Assembly (NCBI GenBank): GCA_964016885.1 | Contig: OZ024750.1 | Location: forward strand, 24,180,001 to 24,244,000 | Direction of reading: 5' to 3' | Source of the DNA: Eledone cirrhosa | Lineage: Eukaryota | DNA length: 64,000 nucleotides | Part shown: positions 12,818-25,374 of the stretch, one piece after another | Position numbering within the stretch: position 1 is the stretch's first letter | How the letters are laid out: each line of letters begins with the position of its first letter | Position numbers and translations under genes: made by a program | Notes under the pieces: generated by a model | The model's database searches: none | The model's input: only the letters and a program-made list of their open reading frames with translations | What the model was told of the DNA's origin: nothing

Positions 12818-13368
12818 TCATACAAGAAAATGAAAATTATTTTAGAAAGTTGATTTTTATACATTTAAATTGAAATCTACCCAACAATAAGTAATTTTCA
12901 TATGAAAACAATTTTTCATTTCTATATATTTGTCTAACTGGTTGTGATTTTAATGTATTAGAATGATAAAAGATATTGATTATTAAGTTTGTGTTATTAG
13001 AAATTTATGTAGACTGAAGGATCTCTTTAGGAAAAAAGTTTACAAAAATTTCCATAACTGAAATAAACATAACCATGAAGAAATAATCTCATTGTTTAAT
13101 AAGATATATACGTAAATAAGTGTGAAGATGTTTAAAATAGCATTTTTTATGGATAGTAATGGCTTAAATGAATAGCAATATATGTGCATTAATCATTGTC
13201 CAATCTAGATTGAATGTTAACTGATGCATTGAATACAAAATTGTATAAGAAATAGATCCAATCTACTTTATATTAACATGATTCTGCAGGGCATTGTTCG
13301 GAAAAGGGAAATCGGGAATTTTTAATATATATATATATATATATATACAGATTAAAATAACAGATTAA

Positions 13369-13419
13369 AGTTTAAGCAAAGAATCTCTGCTTTCACCCTT
13401 AACGAGATCTTCTGAAACT
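13369..13419 (-). ncRNA. Hammerhead-like type I fold with atypical CAGAAGA core (Penelope-like repeat)
   Basis: AGUUU-CAGAAGA-UCUC GUUAA GGGU-GAA-AGCAGAG AUU CUUUGCU-U-AAACU; second copy at 45787-45832. Confidence 0.5.
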
Positions 13420-13629
13420 AAAAAAATCAATTTGTGAACGCAGAAGTAAATATTTCGAAAAACGTTGTAACCAAAGGAAAACACGAAGACGATACTTTGG
13501 ATTTTAGTCTTCACATTTATTATTACTATATATATATACACACACACAGTTTAGGGATTGTAATGAGGATTTAACACTTTGCCCTTTTTATTAGTATATA
13601 TAATATATATATATATATATAATATATTG

Positions 13630-13931
13630 TCATCTTGCCTGATGGTTTGAACTTTACAAAACCACCTGCCTCTTTGAGGTCAAATACCAACCCTACTACC
13701 ATCTACAAATTGACCAATGAGAATCAAGACTATTCCTGCTGACAACATCAAATTATTCCTAACAAGCTCATATATCCCAAGGCTCTGATACCATCAACAC
13801 TATAAACACAGAGTTGGCATATCTAAGAACTGACTAACTGCCTGGTGAGGTCATAGCCATTCAATGGCTATCATCGAAATATATATAGCAGTAAATAAAG
13901 GATTATGAGTTCATGCAATTGACTTGTTTCG

Positions 13932-13936
<5 letters not shown>
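13630..13936 (+). mobile_element. Penelope-like element terminal repeat (pLTR) remnant
   Basis: CCAAT, TATAAA, hammerhead fold and AATAAA in order, bounded by (TA)n tracts. Confidence 0.55.
13837..13892 (+). ncRNA. Minimal type I hammerhead ribozyme fold, probably inactive (A6G)
   Basis: ACUGC-CUGGUGA-GGUC AUAGCCAU UCA AUGGCUAU CAUC-GAA-AUAUAUAU-A-GCAGU. Confidence 0.7.
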
Positions 13937-13988
<52 letters not shown>

Positions 13989-13992
<4 letters not shown>

Positions 13993-14709
13993 ATACTTGG
14001 GGAGGGTCATATTTGTGTAATATTGCCAGAATTAATAACAGAACACACTCACTGTTTGGTTGGTTTTCGCTTTTCGCTTCTGTGTCTTTTATATCGGTAA
14101 TCTAATTTATTCGGTCCTCAATGTTGCCATTGACTGAGCAACGGTCAAAAATAATACAGATAGAATATAGACACAAACACATATATATAGTTTATCAAAG
14201 TTCTTTCGTTGCACATCTGCAACATCGTCAGTGGTGCTATTGTTTCCTCCCGTTGCATTGTATTTTCTACGCCATCTAGTCTGTTTATATATTTATTTAT
14301 TTGTTTATTTTATTTTGTCTTCTTTGCGCATGCGTTTGCATGTGTGTATAGTGTTTTATTTGATGTGTGTTCGTGATTGGGTGACTGTGTATCGGTTAAT
14401 TTATTCTATCTTTACTAGTGTGTGTTTATGTGTTTGTTGTTATTGTGCTTGTGTATGTATTTATTTATTTATTTATCCATTTATTTATTTATACTTCTCT
14501 TAGGTCAGTGTTGTTTGTTTGGGTGTTGTTGTTATTCCATTCATTCTTTCTGTTTAGCCTTGGCCTTCTAAGTTCTATTTTACTGGCCTCTCTGATTTGC
14601 CTATCTGCTGGGTCATTAATATGTTTAGATATTATTCTAATTTCTATGTTGTCTATGTTACCGTCGTGTTGTCAACACGACGGTAACATGACCCTCCCCA
14701 AGTATAACA
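13989..14709. mobile_element. Non-coding TGT...ACA element with 22-bp terminal inverted repeats (Ginger-like or solo-LTR-like)
   Basis: TGTTATACTTGGGGAGGGTCAT ... ATGACCCTCCCCAAGTATAACA, with ATAT on both sides. Confidence 0.7.
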
Positions 14710-14766
14710 ATATTTGTTTCGACACATGATTTCATATCAAAAACCTCGCAAAACTAATTCATCGCC

Positions 14767-14806
<40 letters not shown>

Positions 14807-14808
<2 letters not shown>

Positions 14809-14857
14809 TTTCCTGATGATTTATCCCAAATGAAACAGTTTTAGTCCTGTAGAAGCC
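14807..14857 (+). ncRNA. Type I hammerhead ribozyme fold (intact core, weak stem II) in Penelope-like repeat 14807-14940
   Basis: GGUUUC-CUGAUGA-UUUAUCCCAAAU-GAA-ACAG UUUUAGUC CUGU-A-GAAGCC; predicted cleavage after GUA at 14851. Confidence 0.65.
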
Positions 14858-15529
14858 ATTTCTATATTAAATATTTATACTCTATGTATTGAGTACCTTA
14901 CTTACTGTGGTTTCTGTCGATTCAACCCAGGATAAACATATATATATATATATATATATATGCTAAAATATAAAAACCAAACTTAGGGCTAAATTTAATA
15001 TTACACAGACTTATTAGTGTTAAGGCAATGATTTATTACTTCATTTCTCACCTACACCTCTCTTCCTTCCCCTCTCCCCTCTCTATCCCCCTGCCCCTCA
15101 TATCCCCCCCCCCCTGTCTCCCCTCCCCCCTCTCTAGCAGTATGAATGATTCTATTATATGGAGGTGAATTTGATGCTGAAAAGGAAAATTATTTTGAAG
15201 TTGGTTAATAACCAGTGAGTTCTGTTGAGAGGTTATAAATTGTTTTGATGGGAGTGGGGAGGAAATGGGGTTCGTTTACTCTCTATTAAAGGCCTTGAAG
15301 ACTGTTAACTGCTCATGGCAAAACATCTGATTATTTAAATATATTTTTTAGAATAGTTAGTTCTTTCACTTTATCAACATGCAGTCATCTGAAATATTTT
15401 GTTCATAATATTTGTTTCTACTTTTGGCACAAGGCCAGCAATTATCCCAGTGTATTACTGGTACATAATATTGAAGTTACATTAGCATAGTAGAGTTTCT
15501 GTAAATGATTACAGTCTTTTAAAAAATGT

Positions 15530-15895
15530 CTTCTCTTCTTCTTCACTCACTTAATCCTGGCAGGGTCACAGGAGCAGAGCCTTCAAACACTCCTCCAGTG
15601 GGTCCTGTCAGAAGCAACCGTCTCCAACTGAAATGGCTGGATCTCCAAGCATGACCAGCCAAGCTCATAAATATTATCCAACCATCTTGCTCGGGGTCTA
15701 CTCTTGGGTCTCCTACTTGTTGGTTTCGCCTGTAAAATCTGTCCAGCGATTCCCCCCCCCCCCCCCGAGATATTCTAAACACTTGCCCATAGTATCAGAG
15801 CTGTGATCTGTCAATTCAGAGAAGTAGCAGCTCTACCTGAAGTGACTCTCTTATCTCTGAGCTACATACTTTATCATGAAACGTTACTCCAAAAT
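15530..15895 (-). mobile_element. Expander/Rex3-like RTE LINE 3' fragment with (GAA)n tail
   Basis: Reverse-complement homolog of 35935-36293; short tail copy at ~4903-5000. Confidence 0.8.
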
Positions 15896-17811
15896 GTAAT
15901 GATTCATATTAAATAAGTGCTTTATATCAATTTTACTTGTTTGTCCTACAATTACTATCTTCACTGGTGGCTCACCTAATAGAGGTAACTGGTAAAGCTT
16001 GTGAGGGCGCTTGGCTGCTCCAGTGTCTCAGCCTATCACCTGAAAATAATTTCCATTACTTTATAATTTTTACAGTTAATTTTAATTTTGAAGTTTAAGC
16101 ATTGCTTTTCTGAAGTCAGTTTGAAGAATTATTTTGCTTCCTCTTTTTAATCATCTAATTTGCTGAAGAATTTATATTAAGCATCTATGATTTGTATACA
16201 CTTGCTAATGAACTTGAACAAAATAAAAGATGTAATTAATTAATTATTACATTTGTATTTTTGAAATTGTTTATAAGCCAGTTAATAGCTTCTGTTAGCT
16301 AGGTGACCTAATAAGCAGTTGAATGGGATGGATTTTCTAAAAGTATTGTAATAGGAGTAAGAACAGGGCAAATAAAGTTGAGGGAGCTATTATCTTTAAT
16401 AGTAACAAAAGGATTCTCTCTTAGGGAAGGTCAGATTGTATGATGCATGTGTCCAGTGTCATGTTGCATGGCAACAAAACATGAGCCATGGATATGGGGA
16501 TGTGTGAAAGCTGGAAAGAAATGATGTTTTGCTTGATGTTTATTTAATGTTAGTGTGCAGGGACAACAGAGCACAAATGGGCTGAAAAAAATTGGGTATT
16601 ATAGGAATCGGGTCTTGTGTGTCAGAGAGAGAAGACCTGAGCTGGTACGGACATGTGATGTGTATGGAAGATGACAGTTGGGTTAAGAAGTGTTAATTGA
16701 AGTGGAAGGAACCTTCCGAAGAGGAAAACATGGGATGAAGTGGTGAAGCTGTTCTCAGCAAGCTGAACAAGGAATGTAACAAATAGTTAAACATGTTTGA
16801 AAAGAACCACCTAATCCATGTAAGCATGAAAAAATTGTATGCAAAATAATGTTGAAGTGATTATTTTATGCAGAAAGTCTAATCATAAAACAATTTTTCT
16901 TCATAGTTAATAGTAATTACACTACAGCTCAGAAAATGATTTTAGGACAATAGTTATAACTCTTAATTCAGGAAATATATATATATTGTACTATGGTTGT
17001 AATAGAATATTAACATGTGAATTTACAATTTACTAAAAATATCCTTCCTTCCATTATGCTCTTTTTTTTTTTGCCAACTGCGCCTAAAAGTTTTGTTTCA
17101 TTGCCAACCATTTCTCCACAATGTTTGGAAACCTTTCCTTTCCCTCTTTGTTCAACTCAGCTTTGTTAGCAAGTCTACCATTCATCTTGTATTCATATTT
17201 ATTCTTAACACAAAAATATTTTCCCCACTATTTTTTCCTGTTACTTTTTTCCTCTCACTTTTTACACCTGCTATTATTAAGATATCTTTTCTCCCCTTGC
17301 TTGCTTAAATGGCATTTTAGCTATTATTCTCAGCAATGCATCATAAGATTTGTCTTTGGTAGGAAAATAGAATCACCCAATAATTGATGTCCTTTCTCCA
17401 ATATCATTATAATCTGCTAGGAAAAGAAATTCAAGTTTGAAACTAGAAGCAGCAGTGAACTAAATGTATTTATTCCTACCAAAAATAGTTTTCTAACAAT
17501 CAAATACATTTTTACTAAATTCATTTTGATAAACCCTAAATTTTTAGGTTGAAATAGGTGTTATGCAATTTGTATCCTTCAGAAAGAATTAGCAATACAA
17601 GAGGTGTTAAATAGTTACATCTAGGAAGCTACGCTTTAAACAATAGATCTTAGCTTCTAAGTTTTATCATGATATATCTTTATTTTATAAATGTTTCCTA
17701 TATTTAGCTTTAGATTTTTTTTTTTGTTTTAATTTTACAAATATTTGTTCTATCAAAATATCACCAGAGGTTTCTTTACAAAAAAAACCTACTCTGCTTT
17801 ACAATAAATAA

Positions 17812-17993
17812 TAGTTTCTACTTTTGGCACAAGGCCAGCAATTATCCCAGTGCATTACTGGTACTTTATTTTATCGACCCTGTAAGGATGAAAGGCAAAG
17901 TTAACCTCGGCGGGATTTGAACTCAGATCATAAAGGGCCGTAACTCTTTGTTGCAAAGCATGGCGTCCGACCCTCTACCGATACTGCTAATCC
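17812..17993 (-). mobile_element. tRNA-derived SINE family 2 (~180 bp, more than 20 copies), representative copy
   Basis: A box TGGCAGTATCGGTAG, B box GAGTTCAAATCCC, core GCCTTTCATCCTTAC(A/G)GGGTCGATAAAATAAAGTACCAG, tail GGCCTTGTGCC(A/T)AAAGTAGAAAC. Other copies near 8010, 19320, 21265, 25138, 31375, 36973, 37175, 47443, 51632, 56073, 56789, 60281, 61487, 62921. Confidence 0.9.
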
Positions 17994-18579
17994 TAAATAA
18001 TAAGTTTATCTTGTATTCTATGACACATGTCAAGTAGAAACAAACCTGTAGGATGTTGTAAGATAGAAGTGTTATACATAACATCACAAAATAATTGAAC
18101 TAGTGTTGACTGGGTCATTCTTTCAATTTGGGTCTGGTTAACCGTTTAGCATTTAAACCAGCCGTATCCGGCCAGAATTCTCTCACCTCTTTCCGTTCAA
18201 ATCAGCCATAACTGGCTACTCATAATGAAGTTAAGGTATTGTTCTCAAAATAAATAATATCAAAATCTCATAGATTTGATATGTGAGATAATTATGTAAG
18301 ATAAATCCTTTATCATGAAAATACAAAAGTAAATATAGAGTAATGTAAATGCAAAAGGGTTAAATAATCAAAATCAAAACAGTCATATACAAATTGTATT
18401 TTTTTTATATGTTCAGAAAGAGATGTGAATAGATGACATTTCTAGAATGTGTGTTATGTAGATCGTTGGTGCACTGTTGAATGTACTAATAAATATCAGT
18501 CAAGTGAGAACTTGCTAGAATGAATAAAATATATCACAAATTTAGACATCAAAAGCAAAATCATTTATCCTTGCATAGA

Positions 18580-18826
18580 CAAGCTAGTGTGTGTGTGTGT
18601 ATACTTACAAGCTAGTGTGTGTGTATACTTACAAGCTAGTGTGTGTGTATACTTACAAGCTAGTGTGTGTGTATACTTACAAGCTAGTGTGTGTGTATAC
18701 TTACAAGCTAGTGTGTGTGTATACATACAAGCTTGTGTGTGTGTATACATACAAGCTAGTGTGTGTGTGTGTGTGTGTGTATATATACAAGCTAGTGTGT
18801 GTGTGTGTATATACAAGCTAGTGTGT
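18580..18826. repeat. 24-bp minisatellite ACAAGCTAGTGTGTGTGTATACTT, ~10 copies
   Basis: Direct inspection. Confidence 0.92.
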
Positions 18827-20234
18827 GTTGTCCTAAACATTTTGTTAGAACTGATTTTATTAATGTGGAGCTGTTAGCATTTTTAAATAACCATTGTTTT
18901 ATGTTTTGTCTTTGTTACGATCAGTAGCATATGTAGCTGAGGGTTAGGAACGTAGCAATCTGCCTTGGGTGACACTTTTTAGAGACGGCACTTCGGCGAC
19001 ACTTCTGGATCTGTTGTATAAGCCTGTATAGACTGGGGGATGTCACACTCAAGGAGTGCCTTGGGTGGCACACATTCTAGCTACCCTACCAGTTACAATG
19101 AATGATTTCTAACTCTTTGGTAGCTTTATTCAATTTAATCCAAATAACATTTTTTTTCAAAATAGTGGAAATATTCTAAATCATCCTAAAGTAAATATTT
19201 TGTTTATTACAAAACAATTTAGCATATTTTATTTCCTTTCAATATGTATCTCTCTCTCCCTCTCATATACATACACACTTAGCCATTTTAGATTATTCTA
19301 TGCACTCTATATTCATTATTGGTGGATTGGCAGTATCGGTAGAGCGTCAGATACCATACTTTGCAGCATAGAGTTATGGCTCTTTGTGTTTTGAGTTCAA
19401 ATCCCACCGAGGTTTACTCTGCCTTTCATCTTTACAGGGTCGATAAAATAAAGCGCCAGTAATGCACTGGGGAAATTGCTGGCCTTGTGCCAAAAGTAGA
19501 AACAATTATTATCAGTAACCCCATCTGAAATCCACTTCTGCCATCAAGCAAAATGTTTCATAAGTTATCTGATGATCTAGTTCCATTTAAGATCATCAAA
19601 ATATAAATATTTCTTAGTCACTTCAAAGGTGGAGGGAACACTAAACTACACATTAGACTTACCATATCTTCTTCAATACACAAGCTAGTATCTGTTTTTT
19701 CTTATACATAAAAAAAAAAAATTAAATTAGCGAAACAAGGAAATCCTTTTTTTCGCAATTTGGTTTTCGATTATGACCAGGTTTGACCAGAATCAATCAT
19801 TAGTCTATTTCTCCTCACTATGAGTGTAATATTAATTAACATTTTTGAACTCATTAAATTATGTTTGGCAGTATCGGTAGAGATACGCACTGGGGGCAAT
19901 TTAATTGACTTTCCCCCTTTCCTCAAATTGTTGGCCTTGTGCCTAAATCAGAAACCATTAAATTATGTTAGCACCCACTTTACTAAACCTTATTTATGTG
20001 ATCTAATATGATCTCAGAGATATGAGTAATACTTTTATGTTGGTTACTCTTAAGAACTGTAGAAGGTTAGCAATTGATCATAGCTGAATTATTGTGAGCT
20101 GACATTTTTGTGTGAGAAATGTGGAGTGATATACTCTGGAAGATGATATCAGTAATCTGCTTAACTGAGCCAGAAGTGAAGCGCATTTTCTACCAGGGTC
20201 AGCCAACTAGGTGGTTCATCTCAAACTGACCTTA

Positions 20235-20306
20235 TAAAAATAAAAATAAAAATAAAAATAAAAATAAAAATAAAAATAAAAATAAAAATAAAAATAAAAA
20301 TAAAAT
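20235..20306. repeat. (AAAAT)n
   Basis: Direct inspection. Confidence 0.95.
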
Positions 20307-22864
20307 TGATTGATATGTTAGAACAGTGAACTAGATACATAAAACAGCTAGTCTGCATATAACACCCAAGTAGCAGTCATGTTAATTATTACATTATACT
20401 GAAAGAAATTAAATTGATATGACAAGCTGTTGATGGCTGACTGCTTCTATTTAGAACACTAAGAAAACACTCAGGTACATCAACAACACATAACAAGCTG
20501 GAGCACTGCAATATCATAAGATAATTATTTATTTAATCTAATCCAAACAAACACAAATATCACGTGTGTTAAAATAATAAATGAAACATTTATTACATCA
20601 CAAGATTCAAACAGGGTTCTAGTTTGACCACTAGCTCTATAAATTCTAGAGATCACTCTTGCTTCTAGAATGTTTGATTATTTTAGATAAACTATATCGT
20701 GTAGGTGTCGCGACAAAAAAACACACAATCCACGCTGTAATGTGGCCATGTAGGTAACACAGTAAAAAGTTCCCAGTTTCACACTGTAAATATGGTTGGT
20801 GTTAGGAAGGGCATCCAGCCGTAGAAAACCTGCCAGATAGTCCTATATGAGCGAGACACGGTCACCCGACCAACCTTGCCTCAAGTTGGACAACTCCCGT
20901 CTAACCCATGCTAGCGTGGAAGATGGACGTTAAACGAAGATGATGATTATGATGATATATAGAAAAACAGCTGTCCCATGTTATAGCTATCATACTGCTA
21001 TAACTATCATAACAAACTTTTGTACAACTGGATGGAAGCATAACCTATCTGGAGTGCTACATCTGTCAGTTTATTTTATTTTATTTCTGTGCCAAAACAA
21101 AACAAAAACAGGTTGTAGCTGCACAAAAAAATCTTTACCTTCATTTTAGTATATTTTGGAGATGGTTGTTTTGCCAATAAAACATATGCACTATTCCATT
21201 TTCACTACTCTTCCCTTTGGTCTTAAAACTTAATCTTTTATTTACAGTATTAATAATAATAATAATGATTTCTACTATAGGCACAAGGCCAGTAATTTTG
21301 GGGAGGGGAAAGTTGATTAAATCGACCCCAGTATGTTACTGGTGCTTTATTTTATCGACCCTGTAAGGATGAAAGGCAAAGATAACCTCAGCGGGATTGG
21401 AACCCAGACCGTAAAGAGTCATAACTCTATGCTGCGTTCGACCCTCTACCGATATTGCCAATAATAACAACAATAATAAAAAAAGAAAGGGAAACAAAAA
21501 AAAAAGAACAGGAAGGGGAGGGGATGGCAAGAACTTTGGTGTCGCAGAAGAGAGGAGAGGGGTGAAGAAGGAGAGTGATTGGGCTTTGGGCCTATGGCAT
21601 GGGGAAGAAGAGCTGCACCCCACGAACAAGCCTGCAAAAACATTCCCGCAGACAATGGCCAGTGACACGCGCTGCAACAGCCACCCAACCTTGTGGGGTT
21701 CCTTCCTCAGACGGACCGCTGACATTCCAAGGTGTAGAGACAGAGAACAACTACAAATGTCATTGAGAATGTCATAGAATGTGTGACAAAAAAGCTTTGA
21801 TGAACTAAATAGTAACTAATAACAAAGCTGAAGTGAAAATTGAATAGAAAGTCATTTTGCCAATAAAAACACGATCTACAAATAAAACAATATCTGAATG
21901 TACATATTGTATATTTAATAATATAATGTAAGTTTATTTTAAAACATTTTATTATTAAATATACAATACATACATTCATATATATATATATCGCTATTTC
22001 AGAGCATCAACACAAATTTATAACAATATCTGTTTCAACACTATTTTGCATCAAGAATCTTGCAAAACAAATACATAAATGTAAATATTTATTTCACATA
22101 TATAATCAACTTCAGCCAAAGACTTCTATTTTCCTGGGTAGTTTGTTGAATATACAAGCATTTTAAGTCCATTTTCCATGCTAAAGCAGAGGATAGCCTT
22201 ACAGAATGCATAATAGTCTTCATATTCATCATGGGCTCTGTTTTGAGACTGTGTTTTACAGCTGGATGATCTTGGCAGCAAGCCATTGCTGTATGTGTAT
22301 TATGTTGAAAACTTTAGTCTTTTAAAACTCCTTTAGAAGATTACTCTGATTCTATTCAAGGGGGAAAAAACATTTAAAAAAATAAATACTTTACTCTGGT
22401 GCATTTTGTTCTAAACATAAAATAAAACATGTTCAATTTAATTAACAAATAGAATTTTCACTTCTGGCAAATCAGTTGGTTATTGTGACTAAGAGTCCAT
22501 GACAGGATTGAGGATATTAATGAAATTTTAAAAAAAAAATTTAACACAGCCTCTGATGTTGCCTGATATGCCTAAAACTAAAGGTGAAATATTAATCGGA
22601 ATATGAACTTCGCGGCGAGCTCCATTGATTTCCGGGGTGTTTAGGACCTGGGCAATGATTGGTTAGTAGGAAAAATTCAAAAGTACCCGCGGTGCTGTCG
22701 TGGACTGTAAGTACAATAAAATGAAATTACATTACAAAATTCTTATAACATTTTTATGAAGCTCTGCATATAGTAATGTATCCTTAAATGTCTCTGAAAA
22801 CATTCCATAATCTGTAATTATTATTACAATATTTTTCTATATTTTTAACCTTTTATCATTACAG

Positions 22865-22976
22865 GCTTCTATGCAGCAAAACCTTTACCGTCAGCAGGTG
22901 TTGTTTCTATTATGCAAGCATTTTGTGATGGTGGTTCCTGGGATGCAAATAGCTTTGTAACTTTCCCCAAAAACAG
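22865..22976 (+). CDS. ABCA2: Exon 2: (S)FYAAKPLPSAGVVSIMQAFCDGGSWDANSFVTFPKN
   Basis: acag|GC ... AG|gtaaat; 112 nt; ABCA PLPSAG..Q..C motif; not in the ORF track. Confidence 0.93.
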
Positions 22977-25374
22977 GTAAATAATATACAATACATCACC
23001 AGGTGATTAATGTGTATATCTTTCTAGAAAGATATGTGTAGCAAACAAAACTTATAAGCTTAGGTGTGTCACATGAAGCCAATTTATTTATTGACAGTAA
23101 GAAGAAATATTTTCAATTTTATTTTGTTAAATTTAATTAAACTTAATCCCAATTGACTGTTATTAAAAATATTTCCAACATAAATTGACATTTTTCAATG
23201 TTCTATGACACCTATTGTTTTAAAATATTTACATAAAAATCTTTCACCATAATTATGTTCCAAATGCCAGCTGAATAATGAGAAAGTTATTTATTTTCCT
23301 AAATCCCTCCAAATTCTTGATTATTTTCAAAATTATTTGAAAATTATAGGCAGTGTTTTTGTTTAAAATATGGCAAAAAAAAAGGATTAAGAGACTGCTT
23401 TGAATTGAGAAATAGTTGATTTGATTATTTAATTTCCTAAGTTATTGAAGAGAGAAGAGATAATACCAATAGTGGACATGTGATGGTATTAATTCTTTTG
23501 GTATTAATGCCTGAAACTGCTCAGGTTTTATGATACAAAACTTCATTTGAAAACCTTTATCCATATATTAGTCTTGGCTAGGTGGTATATCTCAGCTGTG
23601 CCTTGAAAATAAGCTGGTGAGAGCGTTGTCCTGGTGAACAGCCAGTCACACCTACTGCATCAGCCACTCTACCTCACAAGGCTCCTTCCCCAAGTGGGAT
23701 GCACTCTTCACGATTTTGCAGAAGAAAATAGCAGTCTGGAGATCAAATACAATGAAGGTCTCATTGGCAACCAGTATAAAAATATAGTAGTCGATCATAT
23801 TGTAGCATGGGATATCCCGGATTAAAAATTTGTACTAAAAGTATGAAGGGTGAAATCCTGATATAATTTTACCCAAATCCATAAGACCTTAGGTTACTAC
23901 AATAATAATAATAATGAAATTATTGTGTCAGTGGTCAGGTGAACTACAACTCATCAAAGGTGCATGTATAGTACATAGAATAATGTACACAGGTCAGGAA
24001 AGTGAACAGGGCCATTACTCCTTTATAACTTATAATTAATAATCTACACCTGACATTTTTATGATATAAATTTTATAAAAGAATGTCTATATAATTAAAT
24101 GTATGTGTGTGTATATGATTAAATTTGTATGTGTGTATGTAATTAAATCTGTGTATCTAATTAAATGTGTATGCGTCTATGCAATTAAATGTGTGTGTGA
24201 TATGTGGTTGTGATGTGAATAAGAAAATGCTAATATTGAAAGTAATGCAGAGAAATTTATTCTGAGGATTAGTGAGCTTTCTATCAGGAGAGAGAGAGAG
24301 AGAGCAAAGGATTTAATATTGTGTAGCATTAAGTGATAATTTTTTTAGTGTTTAGTTATACTCTTTGACCAAATTTATTATAAACTTCTTTTATATGATC
24401 AATAATCTCAGTAAGACAAATAGAGATTAGTCCTAGTGCCACGATAAAATGCACCCAGTACACTCTGTTCTAGGAGGGGCAACCAGCAGTAAAAACCATG
24501 CAAAAAAAAAAGAAGATAGAAGACTTTTCATTCATATCAAAGTCATAATTTCCTTAGTACTGCTGCCTTGCTAAAATCTGCCCTGCATGCTCTGGAAAGT
24601 GGGTGGTATTTGGGAAAAGGGCATCCAGCCAAATAAGGTATGCATTCAGTACTGATTCTCTCCACCCTCCAAGTAGAATAATAGCTTGAAGTAAGGACTT
24701 CATCTGTAACGACCCATCTCACCTATGCATGCATGGTCCCTCAACTTCTAAGGGAGTCCTAGGAGATGCAGTATTAACATACAGCATTTCTAGGACATTT
24801 TAAAACCTGGTGGAGCCCATCTCCTCTCCAGGTTTGAATACAGCAGATTTCTTCCAGAGAAGGATAGATAGTAAGAGAGAGGATGTAAGAAAGAAATATA
24901 GGAAGAATTGTTCCCAGTACTAGTCTGATGCTTTTTTTATCGACCTTGAATAGATGAAAGGCAAAGTTGGCCTCGGCGGGATTTGAACTCAGAGAGCAGA
25001 GAGTCAAAACAAATGCTACTAAGTATTCTATCTGACCTAACAACTCTGCCAATTTGCTGTCTTTTCCCCACCTCTGCTAGCAATTAAAGCAGATGTCTGA
25101 TGATGAATATGTAGCTTAAAATCTTAGATATAAGTTAATTGTTTCTACTTTTGGCACAAGGCCAGCAATTACTCAGTGTATTACTGGTACTTTATTTTAT
25201 CGGCCCCCATAAGGATGAAAGGCAAAGTGAACCTCGGCGGGATTTGAACTAGAATGGCAAAGCATGGCGTCTGACCCTCTACCGATACTGCTAATCCACC
25301 TTAAATAATATTAAAATTCACATAACCTTCAGAATTATTGGTTTGGTTAGAGATATTTTCTGATCTTTCTAGTC

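Noticed and set aside
19320-19415. tRNA gene suggested by A and B boxes
   Set aside because: No complete cloverleaf; it is the head of a multi-copy SINE
22570-22602. Possible hammerhead CTGATATGCCT..AGGTGAAATATTAATC upstream of a CpG-rich patch
   Set aside because: Core lacks G8 and stem I does not pair; at best a decayed relic
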